Assembly (NCBI GenBank): GCA_026025795.1
Contig: JAPEUG010000034.1
Coordinates: forward strand, 1-64,000
Length of the DNA stretch: 64,000 bases
Reading direction: 5' to 3'
From: Thelocarpon superellum
Lineage: Eukaryota
Positions within the stretch are counted from its first letter, which is position 1; every line of letters starts with the position of its first letter. The notes below the pieces were generated by a model. The model made no database searches, was not told where the DNA came from, and worked only from the letters and a program-made list of their open reading frames with translations. Positions 48,851-63,721 of the stretch are shown piece after piece. Position numbers and translations under genes: made by a program.

Positions 48851-50187
48851 GGTGGAAGGCGGAAAGATGTGATGGATGAAGGAGGACGATGAGCTGGAGT
48901 CACAACAGACCCGTCAAGCTCCGAGTTGGAGATTCGGGTTTGTTTTGGTTCGGATCGCGCTAGTCCTTCAGTTATGCAGCTACTAGCACTAGTCGAGCTC
49001 TCGCCACTTCCACCGCCCACCGCCCCCCGCCAGCTCTTGGGGCACCCCCTTCTCGTCTCGTGGTCACCTGATCGCGACCACCGCCACTGCGCTCCGACGC
49101 CATTCGCTGCCAGAGCTGCCCCACATTGATTGGGCAGACGCATCAACATGACGAGGGACTCATAAGCTGCAGGAGTGAGATGGGACCACAGATGATGCGG
49201 AGGAGATCTCGTCACGCTACGGCGTATGACATGAAAATGACAAGTCGACAAATGCGCACGCTTGTCAGAGTATGGCAGTGCACAGTGGCCGTCAGAGTCA
49301 GCGCGTTCTCGCTACCGCCATCCAGCTTGGGCGCCTGGCAGGCTGGTGGCTGGTGGCTGGTGGCCGGTGGATCGCGTCCTCCGTAACTGGAGGGTTAGCA
49401 TATGTCGGCAAATCTTCCGTCACCGTCATGTTTTCCACAAGTACGCTTAGGTAGACACAATCCAGTGCTCGGGCCTAAGCATGACGGCCTGTCGTCGTTA
49501 CGTTATGAATCATTGATGTGGACGAAGAACCGTCTCCGGGCCTGCCATCTTGGGTCCATCCCGTCCGTCCGTTCGTGGATCTAGCATCTAGCACGGGTAG
49601 GCAGCTACTTGGCGTCCAGGCACATGTACGCTGCATCCCCGGTAAGATGAAGATCATAGCGTCGCGGATCGGTAGCGGTTCGTGGCTCGGCTGTAGCAAT
49701 AACCCACCGGACTAGCTGTAACTCGGAGCAACTGACGCCTGCAAGTCGTAGTCACGAGCAGCTGGCAGCCGGCAGTTGGCAGCTCGTTTGGTCGTAGGGT
49801 AGACGCCTGTGAGCGCGCCGCATCAACCAATCCAGATCACCGGCAAGTGACAAGACGCTGGACAACTCACCCTTCTCCATCGTCGGGACCAACCACGGCG
49901 AGGCGGTGTACAGGCTACAAGACCCTTCCACCGCCCGCTGCTCCGTCCACCAAACATCACGTCCCTCATCGCTGGACCGGGCCATCTCGCCTTCACGGTG
50001 CACCGTCCGGCTCGCGCACGACCAGCCTCCACGACGGCGAGGCCCATCGAATCCGGATGCGTCCATGCGGAGCCGCCAGTCTACACCCTCCCACGTCGGC
50101 CGGTGATCCCATCGTGCCCCACGTGGCCGACTTTGCCGCCGTCATTTCCGTCACGGCCCCGCTCCATCGTGACGTGCGAGGTGCATC

Positions 50188-52993
50188 ATGGCCCGGGCCG
50201 ATCCCAAGCGGGATTACTATGCCGACCTCGAAGTCCCGCAAAGTGCCGACATCAACGAAATCAACAAGCACTTTAAGAAACTCGGTGCGTTCCGTTGCGT
50301 CGGCCCCTCGGCCCCTGGGCCCCTAGATGGATGAATGCGCGACTGACCGGCCCGGCCATTAGCCTTGAAATACCATCCCGACCGCAATCCCGGACGAGAG
50401 GTGGAGTTCAACGAGAAGTTCCAGAACATCAAGTCCGCCCAGGAGATCCTCACCGATCCCGTTCAGCGGGCCAAGTATGACGCCGAGCGCGCCCGACTGG
50501 GCTTGGGCTATGGCTACGTGCCCCCGCGACCCGGCGTGCCCACCCGGAACCCCTACACGGCCACGTCCAACTTCCCTCCGCCACCCTCGCGCACCAACCC
50601 CCGACCGCCCTACGGTCCCACGCCGTCGACGTCAGGAGCCAATCGCTATGCCAACTTCCCTCGACCCCACGCCAATGGCACGGCGCGGGAGGAATCACAC
50701 CCCAAAGCGAGTGCCTTTCGCGCCTTTGAGAACATGAACAAGACCTCTCACCATCATGCCCACCCGACGAGCAGTGGCAACGCCTACCCTAGTCCACCCA
50801 AACCTCCACGCCCACAAGACTATGATCGAGATGGACCGAGCCGGAAGGCGCGGACGGGGGCCGACTCGGACTCTGACGCCTCCCATCCTGGCATCCATCG
50901 CACCCAAAGCACCCGTACGTCGAGGCAACCCGCCTCTTCCGGCACCCCCAGTCGCGATGACCCCGTCACCTCGTCTGCCTCGTACTTCAACGCCGCCCGT
51001 GCCGATGGTCGACCCGGCGCCTCCCGGGCCAAGACGACCGCTGCCCCGCCGCCTATGCCCCAGCGCGCGCCGAGGCCCGACCCCCTCGGACAATTCAAGG
51101 CGCAAAACCTGGGTGCCACGGGTCCTAGCAGTCCGCGTCTCAGCACGCCGTACGCCACCAAGGGCGGCGAGAAGACGTACTTCTCCAGCTCCGTACTTGG
51201 CCGATCCGCCTCGGTGCGGACTCCGTCGACGCAGTCCCCCGCCGGCCGACATCGTAGTGCCAGTCCGCCGCGGAGTCGATTCTCCTCTGACCAATCGACC
51301 TCCCCCACGAAGCGCAGCACACCGTCCAGACCCCGCGAGCATCGCACTCGATCCGACGCGGGACTGTCGACGGACACACAATCCCCGTCGCCTCAGACCA
51401 CCCGCCAAGCAGACGGGGAACGTGCTGAGTCCCGCTCGAGTGACGAGCGCGTCCGCTCGGGGAGCGATTCGCCCAGCTTTCGAGAGCGCCTGGCGCGAGA
51501 TAACCTTGAGCGGGGACGACGGAAGGGTCATCACCGCGTCTATCCCGATTACGAGCCGGTCTTTCAGCCGAATCCGTGTGACGAGTATGGCCTGCAGGGC
51601 CAGCCGGCGAGTCAACCTCCGCCTCGAGATCCACTCCACCAGAGTCATTCGCAGCCCCCGAGCCGTTCGCGGGAGGGGCCCACCAAGGAATCGTGAGTTT
51701 CTTGACTTCGTCACGCGTCCGTCGATGCTGACCGCGTGATGCAGCTTCACCTTTGACCTGGACGAGGATACCTTTACACCAACCAGACCGGCGAGTGGCA
51801 AAATGAGATCGGACAGTCCCGAGACGATTGACACGCAGTTCTCGTCGGAGGACTGGGACGGCCAGTTCACCAGCAACAACCCGAACTTCCTCCACGCTCC
51901 GTCGACATCGAAGCGGGGTAGCCCGACGCGTGGCCGGTCCTCCCCGCTGAAATCGAGCGCGAGACCTGCACCGCCAGTGCGTGTGATGGATGGCATCCCG
52001 CCCATCATCCCGCCCAAAGAACCCATCCCGGGGGCCGGTGGTCAGACATCCTTCTCACCCGCCTACTGGACGGAAACGCTAAAGGACCACAATTGGGAAG
52101 CTCCGCGAGCGCCCCCGTCTCCGGCCCGGAGTGGCTCAGTGCCGGGAAAGCGATCGGACGCACGGCTGAAGGGAACACGAGGGCGACAGATGTCCAAGAG
52201 CTCCGTGAAGCGAGCACCAGCCTCGAAGGCTGCGCACGTGGCGGAGGTGTCGGACGAAGACGGGGACGAAGGCGACGACGCGTCGCCGGAACTCACCCAC
52301 AAACACAACGTGAACGGGGGGCCGGAGAGACGTAGCGATGGCGATAGCAGCGCCATGGACATTGATCCCGCGACCCCACCCGGGCCGATGACTCCACCAA
52401 CCTCACACCTGCGCCACGCGGGCCCTCCCGTCCCGCCACGCACCGGCGTCTCTCCCCACGGACGTCCCACGTCATCCAGCGGCGGCAAGATCGACCTCGA
52501 CAGTCTCCGCACGGTGGATCCCCTGGGCCCTCACCAGCCCGGTCTCGCCGACCTGCACGACCTCTCCGCCACCCTGCCCTTTGAGTCGCGCCCGTCCAGC
52601 CTTCCGCCCGGGAAGAAGCTCAACCCGCGAGCGTTGCAACTGCCACGGCCACCCAAAGCGCCACTGGCGCCTAACACGGTGACGCAGGGGGCGTGGGAGA
52701 TCTACCTCGCAACGTCGCAGGCGTACCTCGGCGAATGGGCCGTCTTCAACGACAAGATGCTGGGGCACTTCAACGACCGCCAGCGCGACGTCAAGGACGG
52801 CATGGCGCCGGACTGGATGGGCATCGTGGGCGAGGGCGAGAAGGGGGGGTACTTGAAATACATGCAGGGCGTGGAAGAGGACTTCCGCGTGCGACAGCAC
52901 TGGGACGTCGCGTGGGATAAACACCGGGAGGCCATGCGTGTCTTTGGACGGACGAGGGATCTGGCCATTCAGAATGTCTTGAGGTTGGCGTAG
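50188..52993 (+). CDS. DnaJ (J-domain) protein with long disordered region (3 exons)
   Basis: MARADPKRDYYADLEV, spliced FKKL-ALKYHPDRNPG (HPD motif), ILTDPVQRAKYD; C-terminal helical block YMQGVEEDFRVRQHWDVAW. Confidence 0.9.
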
Positions 52994-53459
52994 CATGATG
53001 GTCCTTGGCACGGGGAAGGGGGGAGGAGTTGTGCTGGGTCAGGAGCGTCAGTGGTAACCTTGGCTGGCTTTCGGTCGATATCTGTCTTCTCTCCTCATTT
53101 GTTCTACTCCTTCTCCCTCTCTACTCGTCTCATCCTACCCTATCCGCCACTCTACTCTACTCTACTAGACCGATTGGCGCTATACATCTACCGCCTACTC
53201 TTCCTGCTACTCCTCTGTCTGAGATCATACATATAGCATATCCAGGTCTATAGCACAGTCTCTCTCTTATTCTGTATCAGGGAACATACAATATAGAGTA
53301 CAGTACAGTACGATATGGACAAGGTCAGACTCCAGACTAGATCAGACCTGACCAGATCAAACCAGACTAGAGATCTTACACATGTAAATACCACGGCCAG
53401 CAACAAAGAACAACAGCGGCCAAGAAACAAAGGAAGAAGGGAGAAGGAAGGCAAGAAGG

Positions 53460-56280
53460 TCAGATCCAGGTCTGAGTCTGCAGCGAGAAGCGCTTCGCGT
53501 CTCGCTTGCTGTCCTTTCTTGATCCGGATCGTGATCTTGTCCTTGCTCTCAATCGGTTATTTTCTCTCTCTCGTACTTTCTCTCCCCCTCGTTCTCGAAT
53601 TGGTAATGTTCCTTGCTCGCGGGGCGCTTGACTTACTGCGCTCCCGTCCTCTTCCTTTCTCTCTTTCCTCTCCGTTGATCTCTCCGGCTCTTTTCCCCCC
53701 TTGAGGCTCTCTAGCCTTTTCGTGGCGAGCGGAGCGAGAAGTAGTGGGACTTCACTCGCCGTCGCGTTCTTTTCTCCATCATTCTCTTCTTTCTTCGCGG
53801 GCGGAAGGGGAGGTGGTGGTGGTGGCGGCGGCGGCGGTGGTGGAGCCCCGTTCCATATGTCTGTCTTCTCGGCCCCCGGAAGCTCGTAATATCTCTGTTG
53901 GACGTGAGGTGCGATCATTGCTGGTGGTGGTGGAGGAGGAGCAGGAGGGAAGTAGACATGGTTGACGCTGCCGTTGTTGCTGCCGCCGTGGCTTTGCGTG
54001 CTTGCCCATTGCATCATTTGTTGTTGTTGCTGCTGCTGCTGTTGAGGGGACAAGGGCGTGTACGCTGGGACAGGCATGGCATGTTGCATCGTGCCCGGTT
54101 GAATCTCCTGAAGAGGGGGAAACGGAGGAGGCGGAGGATAAAAGAGCTGCTGGTGATTCGCAGGCGGCAAGGGATGATAGTAACCCGGGAGATGTTGAGA
54201 TTGGAAATGAGCAGGGCTGATGCCCGTGTTCGCCTCGTAGATTGGTGATGCCGTTTGGTATATCCCTTGTTGCTGTCGCTGCTGCTGCTGGAGTTGCCGT
54301 AGTAGAGGATGGCAATGGACAGGGGGTGGTGGAGTCGTCGACGAGCTGGTGGTGGTGGCGATAGTGGTGAGACTAGTCACGTCCTTGGTCGTCGACAAGG
54401 GACTCGGTAGCTCCACGGCTGCGGAGGAGGAGCAGCGCTTGAACTCCCCTTTGCTCTCTGCCCCTCGTGTTCCCGCTCCCACGTTCCCACCATATCTGGC
54501 GTGGGCATCAATCGCACCCTTTATACCCAAGCCGGGGGTATTCCTCCCCTTCCGCCATCGTTTCTGCGCGCAGAACAGCAAGAGGGCCACTAGCAGTGCG
54601 AGGCCCGCGCCACCGAGACAAGCCCCAATGACGACAGGGGCACCGATGTGAGATTCAGCATCATTGGAAGTGCTGACCCCTGTTGCGCCGGGAATGGCGC
54701 GTGTGGGGCTGCGAGGCGCGATCGTCGCCTTACGCGTGAAATATACCGAGAGATCGTGCGAGCTGAAGCCTGCCGAGGGCGTTTGGAGACTTGCGCCACC
54801 TGTGGGTCTGTTTCCGTCATCGGCGCGTCAGTCGTGCGCAGGCTCCATAAACTTGTCACATGAGGAGATAACTTACGTTCCACCCACTGCGGAAATGATC
54901 TCCATTGGCACCTTATAGCTAGTGACGTTGGGTTCGAAAAACGCCCACTGGGAAGTCGTCGGGTCGTTCTTGCCCAGGTTGAGGTTGTGTGTACCCCAGA
55001 CGTCTGGCGCGTCGCAAGCCGTGCTATTCTCAAAGGTGCCCCCGATGATGAGCATCTGTGATTGGTCGATGATATTGCATGAGAGGGAATGATGTGGAAA
55101 GGATGTCGTCCCAGGTTCCGTTGGATACCACTTGATCCATATGAAGGAGGGAATGGAGAGGATGTAGACGTCGTCGAATCCAATGGTATCAGGTGCCATG
55201 CCCATGCCGCCGTAGAGATATCTACTCTCGTCAGTAGGCTCACGGGGCATCCGGAGCACGCTCACATGTTGTAGGATGATTGATCCTCCGCCCAGGTCAC
55301 CCCGGCACAGAATCTCCGTCGTTCCTCAGGCACCTGTCCCGAGGCTGACTGATTGTACCACTTTGCGTTGGCAATGTCGTAGAGGTAGATATTCTGTAGC
55401 GTCATCAGACGACGAGTTCCACATACCCCAAAAGTCAAACGCTTACGCTCATATCCTCCTAGAGATCGTCAGTCTATAGTCAAAGTCACATGTGGGAAAA
55501 ACACAGACTCCGACGACACTCTCATTTCCAAATGGGGTCGAGATCCCCCCAAAGTAGATCAACATTCCTCCGTCCGACGCCGGGATGTAGACCATTTGTC
55601 CCTCGGCCCGTCCGACGCCATCAGGTCCGGTGCTGTTCGTCCACACATCTTGGACCATGTCGTATTGAACCAGACCGCTGGTCGCCATCGCTTGACCGTC
55701 CCATGCCGGTACGGAGAGATTACTCAACCAGCCACCGTAGTAGTAGGCGAGACCTGTCTCGTTGACGGCCACGCCGGCACCGTACGAGACCCGTTCGATC
55801 TGCTCGGCGGGATTGTCGGGCTGCGTCCATTTGTCAAAGAGAGTGTCGTAGGCCCACAAGGAGAACCTGTCGGGCGCATTTTGATACTGGCCGCCGAAGA
55901 GGTAGAAGATCTTGTTAACGTCATCGGCCCACAGGATTCCGCCTTCGACGCTGGGGACGGCAGAGGTCTTGTTGAGATCGTCGTGGAGCTGCGGCATCCC
56001 ACCCTGAACCGACAACTGGTCGAGGTCGCTGTAGAGAAGGCCCGTATCTGCAGCCCAGTCAGTCTCGTGTGTCACATCTCATCAACAAGCAACACCCACT
56101 GGTAAAGTTATCCGGATTCTGTGCCAGCGGATTCCAGTTCACCAGCCCACCATCAATGTACAGTCGGCGATCGACGACCGCGGTCTGATGTCCAAACCGA
56201 CGACAGAAGTCATCGAGCGGGTCTTCTGTTGCATGGCACGCCACGATCAAGGAAAGAACGAGCACGCTCTTATCCCACAT
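53460..56280 (-). CDS. Kelch-repeat single-pass cell-surface protein (multi-exon)
   Basis: Signal peptide MWDKSVLVLSLIVACHA; DFCRRFGHQTAVVDRRLYIDGG, YYYGGW, YLYGG, DDVYILSIPSFIW; TM helix VVIGACLGGAGLALLVALLLFC; Pro/Gln-rich tail. Confidence 0.85.
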
Positions 56281-57685
56281 GATCCGCCGTGTTGTCCACA
56301 TCGCCGACGAGGATGCTGAGGAGAACAAAGGAAAGGAACGAAGGAAAGGGACGACTCGAGGACGGTCAGCATGTAGCCGGTGGGTACGTCCACGAGAGAA
56401 TCAAGAGATCGAATGGCCTCGGCACAATTGACAGTGAAAGAGGGAAGTGCGAGAATGGGCACGGCTGACTGGCGCCATCGTCGGAGAGGGACAAGGCCGA
56501 CATGGGCTGGGAGGATGGATGAGCTGTGGTATATTGGCGAAAGGGAGCAGCGTGGCGCATTTTCACGCCCGCAGCCATTGCTCGAGCTTGACCCTGGCGG
56601 CTGGAGGATCGGTCTTGGTGGAAGCCATGTGGCAGTGGCACGGATCATGGCAGGGATGAGTGCAGGATGACGCCGTCACCATCTGGAGACGACGTACTTT
56701 CGCCATCGTCACCACAACCCGGAGACCGTGGAGGGCCGCTCGAAGACACTGGAACAGACGGGGCACGGCCAAGCGCGATGGAAGGGACACATTCGGAAAC
56801 CGGGCGGATCCGACGCGACGGACGGACCCCACGATGTGAAACACCGTCGGCGCTGTGAGCCGCGAGCTGGCTTTGATGGAGATCTTGCCGCTGCGTCTAC
56901 TAGACTACACTGTATACGGAGCCCCACCAGGTTGTAGCCGGGGCATTTGGCCACCGCTCTGGGCGCTTCTTTCGGAACTTGACCGAGAGTCGTGTCGCTT
57001 CTGTCCGTCACTCGTCGCCTCCGCCATCGTCCTCCAAGCAGGACTGGATCATAAACGTAGTACTCGTACGAAGAGACCCGGGCTTGGGTTGCAGAGCAGA
57101 GTGTAAAGCCGTCGTCGAGATCGAGGATTTCCACCGTCTGGTCGGGTAAGTGAAAGATGGCGCGACAGGCGACAGAATGTCGACGATGCTCGGGGGAGCC
57201 TCAAGTCACAATCGTGTCAATGGTATTTGGGTGAGCGGCAAGGATGGCTCCGTCGGCGCTAGTGGATCTCCCGGACATCCCTGCCAAAGCCATTCGCTTC
57301 GTGGGACCGCACCAACACCTCGTCCTCGACTGCAATTTTAGTCCCGGGTCCTCCTTCACGATACCGGATCTGTCTGGGAGAGCTGTTTCGCGGGTCCATC
57401 CTTCTGTTGAGGTCCTGCTGTTGATGTTAAATGACCTCGATCGGATTCCCTGAGGACGCGTTGCCAGAATGAGAGCGGCAGCAGTGACGTGCCGTAACGC
57501 CCGGCCGCGGATGCGTCGGCGTCTACCCAGAGGACCACGATAGACTTGGACCAAGTGTCCTCAAATGGCCCAAATGTATCACTCAAGTCTCGGGGTAAAT
57601 TCGCCACGGCATATCCCAGTCTAGACTCCTGACCCAACCGTCTACTCCGACATTATGCTCCATATGGACGATCATGACTCCCACT

Positions 57686-59108
57686 CTACGCCACCACATC
57701 GTTGGCTTCCCTCTCCTCTTGCGCCTCATCACCCCTGGCTGGCCACTGGTCGTGGTAGATGGACTCCAGGACGACGCGAATCTCCCGCAGGAAGCGTGTC
57801 ACTTCGTCCTCCACCCCGACCGTAATCCGCAAGCAGCCCAGGCAGCCATATTCCATCCCACGGAAGCGGACCACCACTCCTTTGCTCGCCGCCAGGCCTT
57901 GGTACACCGCTAGTGCCACCTCGTTGCTAGGCCTTCCCCCTGGCGCATCGAGCATCTCCACCAGGAGGAAGTTGGAGTCTCGTCCACCAAGAAACCGGCC
58001 CACGCCGCGAATCTTGGGGAGCTCATCGAGCAGCCGGTCGCGCTGAAGCATGATCTTGGTCCGGTGCTGACGCATGATAGCTACGTTGGCCGGCGACAGG
58101 GCGATGCGGGCCAAGGCGCTGGTGGGCGCCGGGATATTGTAGGGTGCCTTGACGTTGTTCATCAAGGCGGCGATGGGCGCGGCCGTAAACACCCCGCCCA
58201 ACCGGATGCCCGCCATGCCAAAGGCCTTACTGAGTGTCTGCATCACCACGAGGTTTGGCCATTCGAGCACCTCCTGGGCAAGACTGGCGCCGTCCGGGGC
58301 AAAGTCAACATATGCTTCATCCACGACGACCAGTCCGTTCCACGTTGAATGTTCGAGGATATCTCTCAACGCCGCACGTGAGATCAGACTCCCCGTCGGG
58401 TTGCCCGGGGAGGTGACGTAAACAAGCTTGATGTGTGCGTCTTGTGAGAGTGCGTCTTTGATCGCCGCTGGCCGTAGCGAAAAGTCGGCCGGGTCCAGCG
58501 GGAGCGGGACGACTTCCACGTCGTTCACGTGGGCGGACACGGCATACATGCCGTAGGTGGGCGGACAGGTCAAGATCTTGTCAACGCCGGGGCGGCAAAA
58601 GCACCGGAGTAGGCTGTCGATGGCCTCGTCCGATCCCACGCCGACGAAGACATTCTCCGGACGCAGTTGGCCTTGGTGGGGGTCGACGTTCCGTAGATCG
58701 CAGAGCAGCTGTTTAACGTCGTGCTGGTGTCTGTCGTCCTTTAGCATCGACCGTCGACCACCTCGGCGGCGTGAGTCGTAAACGTACGGGTCTGGATAGC
58801 GATGCAAGCCCGAGAGATCAAACGGAGAGGCATGGGCCTCGCCATTGGCGCTGCCGTTTGTAGACTCACGCTTCAATCGCCCGTGGGAATCCAAGTCTAG
58901 ACTGGGTCCATAGGCATTTTCATTGGCATCCAACAGGATGTTGGTCCCATCGTCTTTATAGTCACTAGTTCGCCAGCCTTAGAACGACAGTGTACGTGAG
59001 AGCATGAGATTGACCCACTTACTCTCTCGCACATCGGTAAGGTTTCAAGGTCAAGATGTTTGGTCTTGCACATGTCTCGAGGCGGAAAGGGACTTGGCGA
59101 GGTGACAT
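57686..59108 (-). CDS. HIS5: Histidinol-phosphate aminotransferase
   Basis: Start MSPRQVPFRLETCARPNILTLKPYRCARD; LLDANEN, GVGSDEAID, PPTYGMY, SPGNPTG, VVDEAY and PLP-lysine TLSKAFG; two introns. Confidence 0.96.
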
Positions 59109-59430
59109 GTCGCGTCGATGCCGCCGGCATCGGCAGCGTCCGAATCTGTGAACAGACTTGGTGAAGGGTGGAGGAGGGTGGTGGAGAAAAAGTCATGGTG
59201 GGATTCACAATTATGACGCATCGCCATTTTGATAGACGTCCAACGCGCTTGGGCCTGGCGCGGGGCCTCCCTGATCGGATCCTGGCCTGTGCTCTAATCT
59301 CACGAATCCACCAGGTCAAAAGGGTCGGCAAAGAAGAGACATTCTATTCGACTATTCGTTCCTGGTCTACGGGCTCGGATTACGACCACTGATCTCGCTG
59401 GTACACCGCGACCGTCTCCAAAGCGCACTT

Positions 59431-62400
59431 CTATTCTCGTCCCGTCACCTCAAGAATGGGGCGCACACACGAGTCGGCGGCGGCTTCGAGAGCACCGCCT
59501 TCGTCCATGGCCTCGGCCGCCAACGCGCCGATACCCTCGGCCGCCGTCCCATTTTCGTATGTGAGTCGCTTCCATCCTGTCGGCTCCGAGGGATCTTTGA
59601 TGAATTCCATCGTCGGGAACTAGAGCCGGTCAGTCCGTGGGCTTCATCCTGACCATCCATGCTCATCACTCACATAGTGCTCGTTCTTCTTCATCGTCAC
59701 GACCCACGGTACGTTATCGAAGGTGACCGCCTTCAGGCGGAAATCTGTTCGCGTGTAGGTCAGTCGGCGTCCGGCATTGGTGGGCGGAGACACGTACAGG
59801 TGTTGTCGGGGATCTTGTTCACCTGCTCGAGGAAGGAGCCCAGATCTGGCGTCTGGGTGCCATTGACCGCCGTGATGAAGTTGGTGGGCGCAAGCCCGTA
59901 CTGGTAGGACGGAGATCCTCGCGTCTAGCAGGAAGTCAGCCGCGCGCCGTCCGGACGCCAGGGGTGGGCGCGATACGTACCCTTGCCGAAACGTAGATCT
60001 CCGAGTGCATCTTGCTGCTCTGCTGTCGCACAGCATGGTGGGGCGCGTGCAGCACCGCGCCACAGAAGATGACGGCCCGATCGGTCTCGAGGTCCTCGGT
60101 CGGGACGGTCGGGACCTTGATGTGCATCTCCTGCGACTTGCGCACAATCACGGCGTCGAGCTCGTCGTGGTCGTACATGATGTCCAGCTCCGACACGCGC
60201 GTCATGAGCTTGCCGTTCAGGGTCAGAAGCACGTCGCCCTCTTGGAGCGTCTGCGGATGGCCGCACTCCACCTTCCGCACCATGAAGAGCTGGTGGCGCT
60301 CGGGATTCTCCGCCTCGACGCGCTGGATCCACTCCTCCGACACGCCCATGATCCGCACCTGGCTCATCTGCGCCGTGTTGAACTCGACGTTGATGATGCG
60401 GAGGTTGGGCACGTCCCCGCGTTGGATCTGTCGCACAATGGGCACCAGCGATGGTGTCGCCATGCCGATGTGGTACTCAATGTCCTTGTTGTTGCCACTC
60501 GTGCGTTCGCCCAGGTAGCAGAGCCAGAGCGCCTGCACGGTGCCATCCTCGGCCACCAGCACGCCGCTGCCGCACTGGCTGCTCAGGTTTGTGTCGACGG
60601 TGATGGCGTCGAGGTTGATGGCGTGGTAGCGGGGCGCGGCCGTGTTGGCGGGGATGGTCACCGTCGTGATGTCCGTCACCGTCGTCTTGGCCACGACGAC
60701 GCGCAGATTCTGATTGAACCCCAGGAAGATGGTCGACGCGCCTTGCTTGATCGCCTCCTCGCTCAGTGTGGCGCTCTGCACCGGGGCTTGGACCAATGAC
60801 GGGTCGTACTGGATGATGGCGTAATTCTCGAGCGGGTGCATGAACAACACCTTGCCATCTACCACGATCGAGTCCGCCACCGTGACGAAGATGTCGCACA
60901 TGTCGTAAGGCACGATGGCGCGCGACACCACCACCAAGCCCTTGGCGGCGTCCACGACCAGGCCGAAGCCGATCTTGTTAGTCCAGGGGAAGCCATCGAG
61001 CTTGACGTGCATGGAGCACGTGATGCGTACGAAGCTGCGCACCACGTCCGCCGCAGCCGGGATGTTCAGGCTGTCGAGCCGGATGAAGTTGGCCTTGCGC
61101 GGCACCGGGGCGTTCGGCGGCAGCGCTTCGGCCAGCGTGGTGAAGTCCCACTTGCCGCTCACGTCGTTCCGCACCGCCAGCTTCATCCGGCTGGTCCAAT
61201 GCCGGTCGATGTAGAGGATGCTGGTGTTGAGCGTGTGCAGGTCACGTAGGTGCTTATACGTCGCTACCACGCGCTCGCGGTCAGGGATGGCTTTCATCAC
61301 CTCCACAAAGGTGTCCAGATCCGGCGTGTCCTGCTGGTTCACCGATTGGATGATCCAACCCTGCTCCGTCCCGTCAAACTTGAACGACCCCGCCGCCTCG
61401 CACACGAAGACCCCCTTGACCGCCACGGCGTAGAGACGCGCTTGCTGGTAGGAGAGATTGTGGAAGGCAGCTCCGGCCACGGTGACGAAGCGATCGGGCG
61501 TGATGGCATGGAGGTCGCCGACGTCTAGCTCCACATCGAGATCCTGACCGCCGCGCTGCACCGTCAAGCGCAGCTTCTGGCCCACGCTGTCGTCCAAGAT
61601 GGCATCCAGATGCACAAACTGCGTCAGGAGCTTCCCGTTGACCTTGATGAGCACATCCCCCTCTTCGACCTTCTCATCGGCCGGACCCTCGGGCAGGACG
61701 ATCTCCGCCACTAGCATGCCCGTCTCCTTGGGGAAGGACTCGCGAATCGCTTTCTCCCAGTGAGGCGTCAGTCCGAGCCGGCGGCACTCATCGAATGGCT
61801 TGATCATCCACTGGCACTGAATCGTGCCGCGGCTCACCGCCTCGCCCCGCTGGATGCATTGTAGCGCGCGTAGGGGTCGGTCGAGGGGCAGGAAGTAATC
61901 CGTCGCCGCGCCATCCGATCGACCACCGGCCTGTAAGGCGATGGCATGGCCGTCCATGTTGACCACGGGACTGCCGGAGCTACCTCCGCTGGCGGCGGCT
62001 GCTGCCTGAATGTAGTTGGTATCTGTCTCGGTCAGCGTCATCCAGGGCGGGTTGAGCACGCGGGCGTGGCACGGCGTACTGAAGTCACTGTATCCTTCGC
62101 CATATTCTGGGGCATTCCGGTCGAGGCGACTGATGACCCCCGACAAGATACTCAGCTTCTCGCCCGCGTCATTACCGACGACACGAATCTCGACGCCGAC
62201 GCCTGATGCGTGTTAGCGGTGCAGGGTCAGGGGAAGCGGAATGGAGTGGTCCATACGGGCCAGATCTGGTCGCAAGGCCAACGCCGACAAAGGCATGTAC
62301 TTGATCGCTTTCGGATCGAAGCGCAAGATACCAAAGTCATGGACGGGGTCCCGGTAGACGGGGTAGACATCGCACTGCGTCGCACGTCAGCCGGCCGATC

Positions 62401-62931
62401 TGGTCTTCAGGGTGCCACCACCCGACCGTGGACATACCTCCTCATGATTGTCAAAGATACAGTAGCCCCAAAAGGGTCCGGCGCCGACGACCTGATCAGA
62501 GGCAGCGTTAGTGAAGCTCGACGGTGGGAGCGTGGGTGCGGGTGGGTGACAGAGCTTACGTGTCGGTTGGTCAAGATGTAGCCGCGCTCGGAATCGACGA
62601 CAAAGCCCGTGGCTTCGCTGGAGACGGCGGACTCGGTGTCAAAGGAGCAGGTCTGACAGAAGCGGATGGAGACGACGTTCTGCACGACGTTCTCGATGGT
62701 GGCTTGCCACTCGGCGGAATCGGCGGCGATGGGAGCCAGCGAGAGCAGATGGCCAGGATCGACGTCGCTCTCGTCGTCGACCATGTCCGATTCGACGGAG
62801 CCATTGGGCGGCAGATCGTCGGCGTCCATGGAATCGATGGGATGAGCTTCGGGCTTCATCTGCTTAGACGGCCGGTGCCCGACCGGCGCTGGAGGGTGCT
62901 TCCGTTTACGAGGATCATGCATCTGGTCCAT
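59431..62931 (-). CDS. NMA111: HtrA-like PDZ serine protease Nma111/Ynm3
   Basis: NLS-like [29 protein letters not shown] and catalytic [11 protein letters not shown] repeats; last exon FPTMEFIKD...GRE*. Confidence 0.96.
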
Positions 62932-63721
62932 GTTGGTAGCCTTGACTAGATCCGATCGTCCCCTGCGGCTCCGGCAGCCTGCCTGGCAGCTGGTGGCGTC
63001 GGGGATGAACAAGGACGGCCGCCGCGGAGCTTGCACACACCACGATCGCCGCGGCCACGCTGGGACGACAATGCGATCATAGACCCGGCCGGACGATGAG
63101 CCGACGAAGCTGACCGGCGCTGTGGCGATCCAGGCACGACCCAGTGCTGTTCCGCGCGGCGTCCACCGCGTGCGGCTGCTGGGCCCGGACAGAGGAAGAC
63201 TCTGCAGACTACGAGCTAGAACGACATGGCGGCGAGCACACATTCAGCTGACGCGCTGCATAAATCCGTAGGCCTCCGTGACAGGCACCTCGTTCACGGC
63301 AAAAGAATTGTCAGGCACAAGTTGTCCCGCCGGCGCTCGCTCTTTCCCTCTTGCTCGCACGCGCGGATCATTGCGAGCGGGACTGGCGTGTTAGAGGAGC
63401 TCCGTCCGCCGTATTGGAACGAGGCTCGCCATCCTTTACCGTGGTTGAGCTTGGCAGGCCGCACCACGGGGCGTCACAAAGACCCTGTCCCGGTCCCATC
63501 AGGGCCTCTCTAGCTCACCGTAGCCGCAGTAGTTGGAAAATCCTACTCGTCACATCCCATGAGGAGGAGTGAATAGTGCTGAACGGGTCAAACCTCTGTG
63601 GAGATCCACCGAGAACCCGAATAACTCGCATGCTGGCTGACCTCATCGGCCAATGGATCCGTCTAGTCTATAAGTCTATGTACATGTCGCAAGCGCCGAT
63701 TGGATTGGATGTCTTGCGGCA

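Noticed and set aside
56700..57640. Short overlapping minus-strand ORFs between the kelch gene and HIS5 as a gene relic
   Set aside because: No recognisable domain or consistent splice model could be built.
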